From contig JTLS01000023.1 of NCBI GenBank assembly GCA_000826855.1, positions 1 to 45,488 on the forward strand: a stretch of 45,488 nt of DNA. The letters run 5' to 3'. The notes under the pieces were generated by a model, which worked only from the letters and a program-made list of their open reading frames with translations, ran no database searches and had not been told where the DNA came from. Below are positions 40,756 through 45,488 of the stretch, piece by piece. Origin of the DNA: Basidioascus undulatus (Eukaryota). A program made the position numbers and the translations under genes. Positions within the stretch are counted from its first letter, which is position 1. Each line of letters opens with the position of its first letter.

Positions 40756-41947
40756 GAAAGGGCGGCTTCCCTTCCAACGCGGTGCAGCCGCAATCGGAAA
40801 GCACAACGGGGTTCGGCCTGATGCACTCGCCTATACCGTGAGAACTTGATTGGCTTTGGTTTCATGTTCAGGGGAGTAACACTTCGCGTAAAACTTGGTC
40901 AGTCATGTCAGTCATGAAGTAGTGTTCTTGTTCAATTTATGAAGATCGGTGCCCTGGTTGCGACGTAGCTAGCCACGACAGCAGACCTTGCTTATCGTCA
41001 AGTGTCTAAAGAGCAATACCTGTTCGGGGTGCAGCGCTTTATTGGATGCATGGCAAAGCCTTTGAGCGTCGAGGAAAGGCCAAGGATCAGCCTGAAGAAG
41101 AAGGAAAATCCCAGCTTTACAAACGCTTGTAAGATTATGGTTTTGGACTTTCCGCACGATTTCGAAACGACATTAAAACAAAATATGTAAACGAAAAAAA
41201 CCAACTGCATTAAAAAATAATCGGCTTTCTCTAACTAGTTTCCAAGAGTAAGCTCATCCCGACTACCATACGAAAGAAGATCAAGAGCCGAGTGCAAAGA
41301 TGTTTAATACAAAAATATTTAATCTACCCCAGAAAGCGAGTCGTATATGCTCAGAGCCGCATCGCCATGCAGCGTTGCTGTCACACTCGGGTGAGCGTGG
41401 ATCTGTGGTCGGAACTGCTCAAGATCCGGAACAAAACGTAAATCAATCGGACTATGCTTGAATTGTGAGTTTGTGGGAGGTATACACGCTGAATTGAGAC
41501 AGGGACGGCTGGGAGTCAAGTCCGGACATCGATAGCGCGGACGCGGCAGACAAAAGTGAATCGTGACACGCCGTCGAGCCAAGGAAGAAGGCAATATGTA
41601 CTAAGCTGAAGGTCATGCCGGAACAAAAAAAAAAAAAAGGTTCAGCATCCTGGCATCCCGAACCCCCGCGCCCCCCCCCGGATCTATGCAATAACAATGT
41701 TGCCCTCTTGTCCCCACTCCCTCATCCCCTCCATTCTTCACCAGAACCCACATGCAAGACCTTTTTTCCCATAACCCCGGGTGGTGGCTGCAATTCCCGA
41801 GCTCGAACCACGGCCTGTTCCAGGTGGTCGGTGGTCCACATCACCGGGCAGGGCTGCGTTCTCGCTATCGCTCTCGCGCAGGACCTCCCTCGCCATGTCA
41901 TGGAAGGGGGGAGTTGGGAGAGCCGTTAGAATGTGGGCAGGTAAAAT

Positions 41948-42995
41948 CTATGGGATGAGGTATGAAGTGTGTGAGAGAGAGAAAGAGAGGAGAAAGAACC
42001 AGATGCAAGAGTTCGGGTTATTGCTGCTGCTGTGCACAAGCTGACTGCTTCCAGAGTAACAAGGCACGGCACTGATAGAGGTGGGGTTTTCTGTTCTCGT
42101 CATCTCTTGGGGCCGACGCCCCCAAGTGCTGTAGTAATACGGGTAGCCCCGTCCGTACAGCGGGCTTCTCCACCACAGCCGCTGTGGCGAGGCGAGCATA
42201 TCCTGCGTCGCCGCCGCCACTGCCGCCTCGCCGGATGTGGAGTTCGTCACGGCGAACGTGTAGTTTGTGCTGGCCATTTCCGCTGAGATCGAGAACGGAG
42301 CAATTGCACTGCAGTTCGAATTCAAGAAGGGGGAGGGGGGAGCCGGAATCCGGACGCACTGCTGAAAGGCGGCGAGATGCACACCCCATCCGTCCCGTTC
42401 TCATAGCCCCTCGCGCCGTACCAGTACGTCCGCTGCACGACGAACGTGTACTCGCCGGGCAGGGGTCCAGCAAGGAGGCACACCCCCGCGTCCGCACTAC
42501 CCGACGTAGACGTTCCCTCATCTTCCGCCTCGGTATCGTTTCGGTTGGCGAGGCAGCGGCGCTTGCACTCTGCGGTCCAGGACCCGTGGGAGGAGGGAGA
42601 GGGGCGGGCATCGATAGGCCCCGGGGAGAACCAAATTGCAATAGGTGGGGAGGACGCGTTGTGCAGGGCGTAGATGTCGGAGTGGAAGGTGAGGGAGGCG
42701 TTGTGGGGAGGGGGGATCAGCGAGAAGGGGAGGGAGAAGTCTTGCGTGCCCAGAGCGTGCCCAGACCCCCCAATACTCAGACGGGCTTCAAAGGGTACTT
42801 CGAGTGAGAAAGAGAGAACACACTGGTGGGGACTGAGGCGGGCGGGAGGTTGACGTCGACGTAGGCCGGCAGCGGGTCGAGCTTGAGGTCACCATTGAGA
42901 GTAGAGGAGGGTGCGTGATTTAAGGGGTGACTACAATGAGCTGAAACTGTTGCTATCCAGAACAAGAAGTTAGGGATAAATCTTGGAGCGAACAT
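41948..42995 (-). CDS. Orphan, probably secreted glycoprotein
   Basis: Signal-peptide-like start MFAPRFIPNFLFWIATVSA. Introns 42741-42823 and 42283-42359 join one open frame (PTNFSLPFSL...AECKRRCLANRND...GEYTFVVQRTYWYG...VCISPPFSTEMASTNYTFAV). Many NxS/T sequons and a hydrophobic C-terminal stretch. The 3' end is uncertain. Confidence 0.55.
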
Positions 42996-43736
42996 GGTGG
43001 TCTTATCTGTCGGGCAGCCGACGCTCGCAGTGCTGCGAACAGCGGGTGCTTCGAATATGGTAGAAAACCAAGGCCCCAGTCCCAGAGTAGGTTTGTATCG
43101 ATTTCAATAAATTCAGAAAGTCAACCATAGCAAGTCTGATGGAAGGGAGGGAAGGTGTACCGGGAAGACGAAGGTTTGCACGGGGGGCGCTGGGCGTTCA
43201 GCAGTGATGAAATTCACTCTGTCCGCTGGACCTCTGCCGTCAGTTCATATCAGAAACTAAGTTTATTCGGGATTGTAATATATACCCTTGGCCGAATTGC
43301 TCGGCAGAAAGGGAAAGCGGCAGCTTTTGAGCCTCGCAGGCTGGGAACACCATGGCCCTGCGCGGCGCCGTGTGGCAAAGTGGCTTGCCTTTTGTTTAAT
43401 TGTATGTTACGCCTGCGCTGCGGTGGTAGTAAAAATTCAGTTATTTCAAAGACAAACACACTTCTTGGTTGAGGTCCTGTTCAGGGCACCCTCGACGGAG
43501 GTTGATAACGTCGAGCACTGTACACTTGTGGAATCTAATCTTCGGGTCGTTACCCTTCTGGTAAATTCTTTCTTGCTTGGATCATAGGAGTGTGACTTTC
43601 CCGAGGCAGGTGCGAGCGGGCATGGGCCTGGCATAATCTCTTCTCGTGACTGCAGTGCATGTCAAGAGACGTGAGACCGACAAAGCGGAAGACACTTTTA
43701 TGACATCCAACTCCTGTACCCTCCCAACGCAAGATA

Positions 43737-45488
43737 CTACTCAAAACATGCCAAAATCGCCGAGGTCCACGCCTTCGCCCCGTCCGCCTGGGTAGCCTTG
43801 AAGTACACCGGCCTGGCCCCGTGCGGCCCGTTCGAACGCGGCACTTCGACCGTGCCTGCAAGTCTGTAGGGAGGCTTCCCAGCGCGCTGACACGGTCGAC
43901 GAAGACGAAGAGGTTCTCCCGGCCCAGCTCGCGGCGCATGCAGTGGGTGCGGGAGGAGACGAGCGCGGAGCGGGAAGTGCGGAGGTGGAAGGCGGGTGTG
44001 TGGGGGAACGGGTTGGGTTTGAGGACGTCGCCGACCTGTGAGGGAAAACCAGCCAGCTCCCCATGAGATGAAGTTGGGAGAAGTAGATAGGCCAGCAAAA
44101 CTTACCTTGACATACCCCTCAATCGTTCCCTGCCCTTAATCTCCCCGCCCACCTCCCACCAGTCCACATCCAGCACCAGTCCGTCGCTGTCCCCGCGCGT
44201 CGAGCTCCTGAAAGAGACTTCCCCGACCGCGCTCGTCCAATGAGGCTCCTCGTTGTGCGTGCCTTCCTCGCTAAGTCGGCGCACGCTGCGCAAAATGCCG
44301 TTCCGCACGCGCAAGACGCCGCGCCAGATGCACTCGCGGTAGCGATCGCGAATGCGGGCCCCGCCCCTTTTTCAAAGGCAGGAGGCAACAGTCAGCATTA
44401 AGCTAATAAACCTGAGTTGAACTGGTCACTAACGACTTACCATGAAACCCGAAGAACGAAAGGTGAGAGTCCCGCTTCCGCGTGCAAGTTACGGTGAAGG
44501 ATTCGGCCGGTGTGGTCGAAAGCCTCGAGCGATTCCCAGCCCGCCAGCTGGCCCAAGAAACGATACGAGACCAAGAGCGTTTCCTTCCCCACCGGTTCTT
44601 TGAGCCTGATCTCATCTCCCTGCTGGACCTCTGGCTCATCGGTGAGCCACGCTAGGGCAACGAGACGTTGGCCGGTCGTAGCGAATGTGTGGCGCGCGCG
44701 GAGTGCGCTGGCGATGGTTGTGCGGTCGAGTGAGGAGGAAAGAACGCCCGTGAGACCTCCGCGGGTGTCGAAAACGGCGGTTCCGGGTACGCCCTGCAGG
44801 GAAAGGAGAGGGGTGAGGACGGAGACAGAAAGATTGCAGGAAAACGACGAGAAGTACACCGCCGCAGCGACCACGATGCTCGTCTGAGTTAGCGGATAGG
44901 CCAAGCCGGTAACCACGGGAGGTCGTATCGTGGAGGAACCACTGCATAAGAAGACCTTGTCGGCCGTCAGGTCTACCGGCAGCGTTGCGAGCGACGAACC
45001 TCGAAGTGTCCCCAGGCCCTGTCGTGTTTCGAGGCGTTCAGCAAGAAACGGAAGACTGGCCACAGTCAGGGCATTACGTACGATCCAATCTCGATCAAGC
45101 GCTCAAGCTGCGGATGGTGCCATCCCAAATTTGCGCGGCGACCACCGATGTGCGGGATGAGGAGGTGCGATTCGGGCGAGTGCGCGTACGTCGCATAGAG
45201 CTCGTCCAAGGGCCACGTTCCGGGGACGACTGCATCGGTGTTCGTCTGTATTTCCCGGTGTTAGGGTTTCAATTAGTGAGCAGACATGCGATAATATTCC
45301 GGTAGAAAGGATGAAGCGGCACGCACGTCTTCGTTCCACTGCAGCCACCAGAGTCAGATGCGTGATTCATCACAGCGGTTTCATGACAACGTTGTATGCA
45401 CCTCGAAGCTGCGCGCCACGTTCCCATTCCGGTCGAAGGGGCATTCCCGGTGGGCATCAGAGAGGAAAACAACTGCAAGAAACTCTTA
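43737..45488 (-). pseudogene. 3' part of a DUF3604-like (PHP-type metallohydrolase-like) gene, intron-containing, with two apparent frameshifts; 5' part lies beyond the window
   Basis: Spliced GNVARSFE|WNED|...WPLDELYATY...LLIPHIGGRR...WHHPQLERLIEIGS|AWGHFE|WF...ANSDEHRGRCGG|GVPGTAVF.TRGGLTGV...ALRARHTFATTG...SW|GGARIRDRYR. Frame breaks near 44132 (before GTIEGYVK) and 43860 (before AGTVEV...KAWTSAI). The family assignment is from recall of motifs, not a search. Confidence 0.6.

Overview
This is eukaryotic, GC-rich, intron-dense DNA. Most introns are 50-85 nt GT-AG with CTRAY/GCTGAC branch sites, consistent with a basidiomycete fungus (taxon is inference). Apparently intact genes: THI4 thiazole synthase, phospholipase D (SPO14/PLD1 type), a Zn(II)2Cys6 transcription factor, peroxisomal Lon protease (ends in SRL), fibrillarin (NOP1), gamma-tubulin and an orphan secreted protein. 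The main non-coding signal is a TPP riboswitch inside a coding-region intron of THI4. It carries a non-consensus J4/5 base, and the same intron has an alternative 5' splice site that would create an immediate stop codon and a candidate anti-P1 pairing. Other oddities: a striatin (STRIPAK) gene that stops before its WD40 domain and runs into an unrelated tail; a bacterial-type DUF3604-like gene with introns and frameshifts; a long structured intron in gamma-tubulin; several decayed F-box-like or other pseudogenes; and two short tandem arrays. All exon structures were read by eye and no database search or folding program was run.
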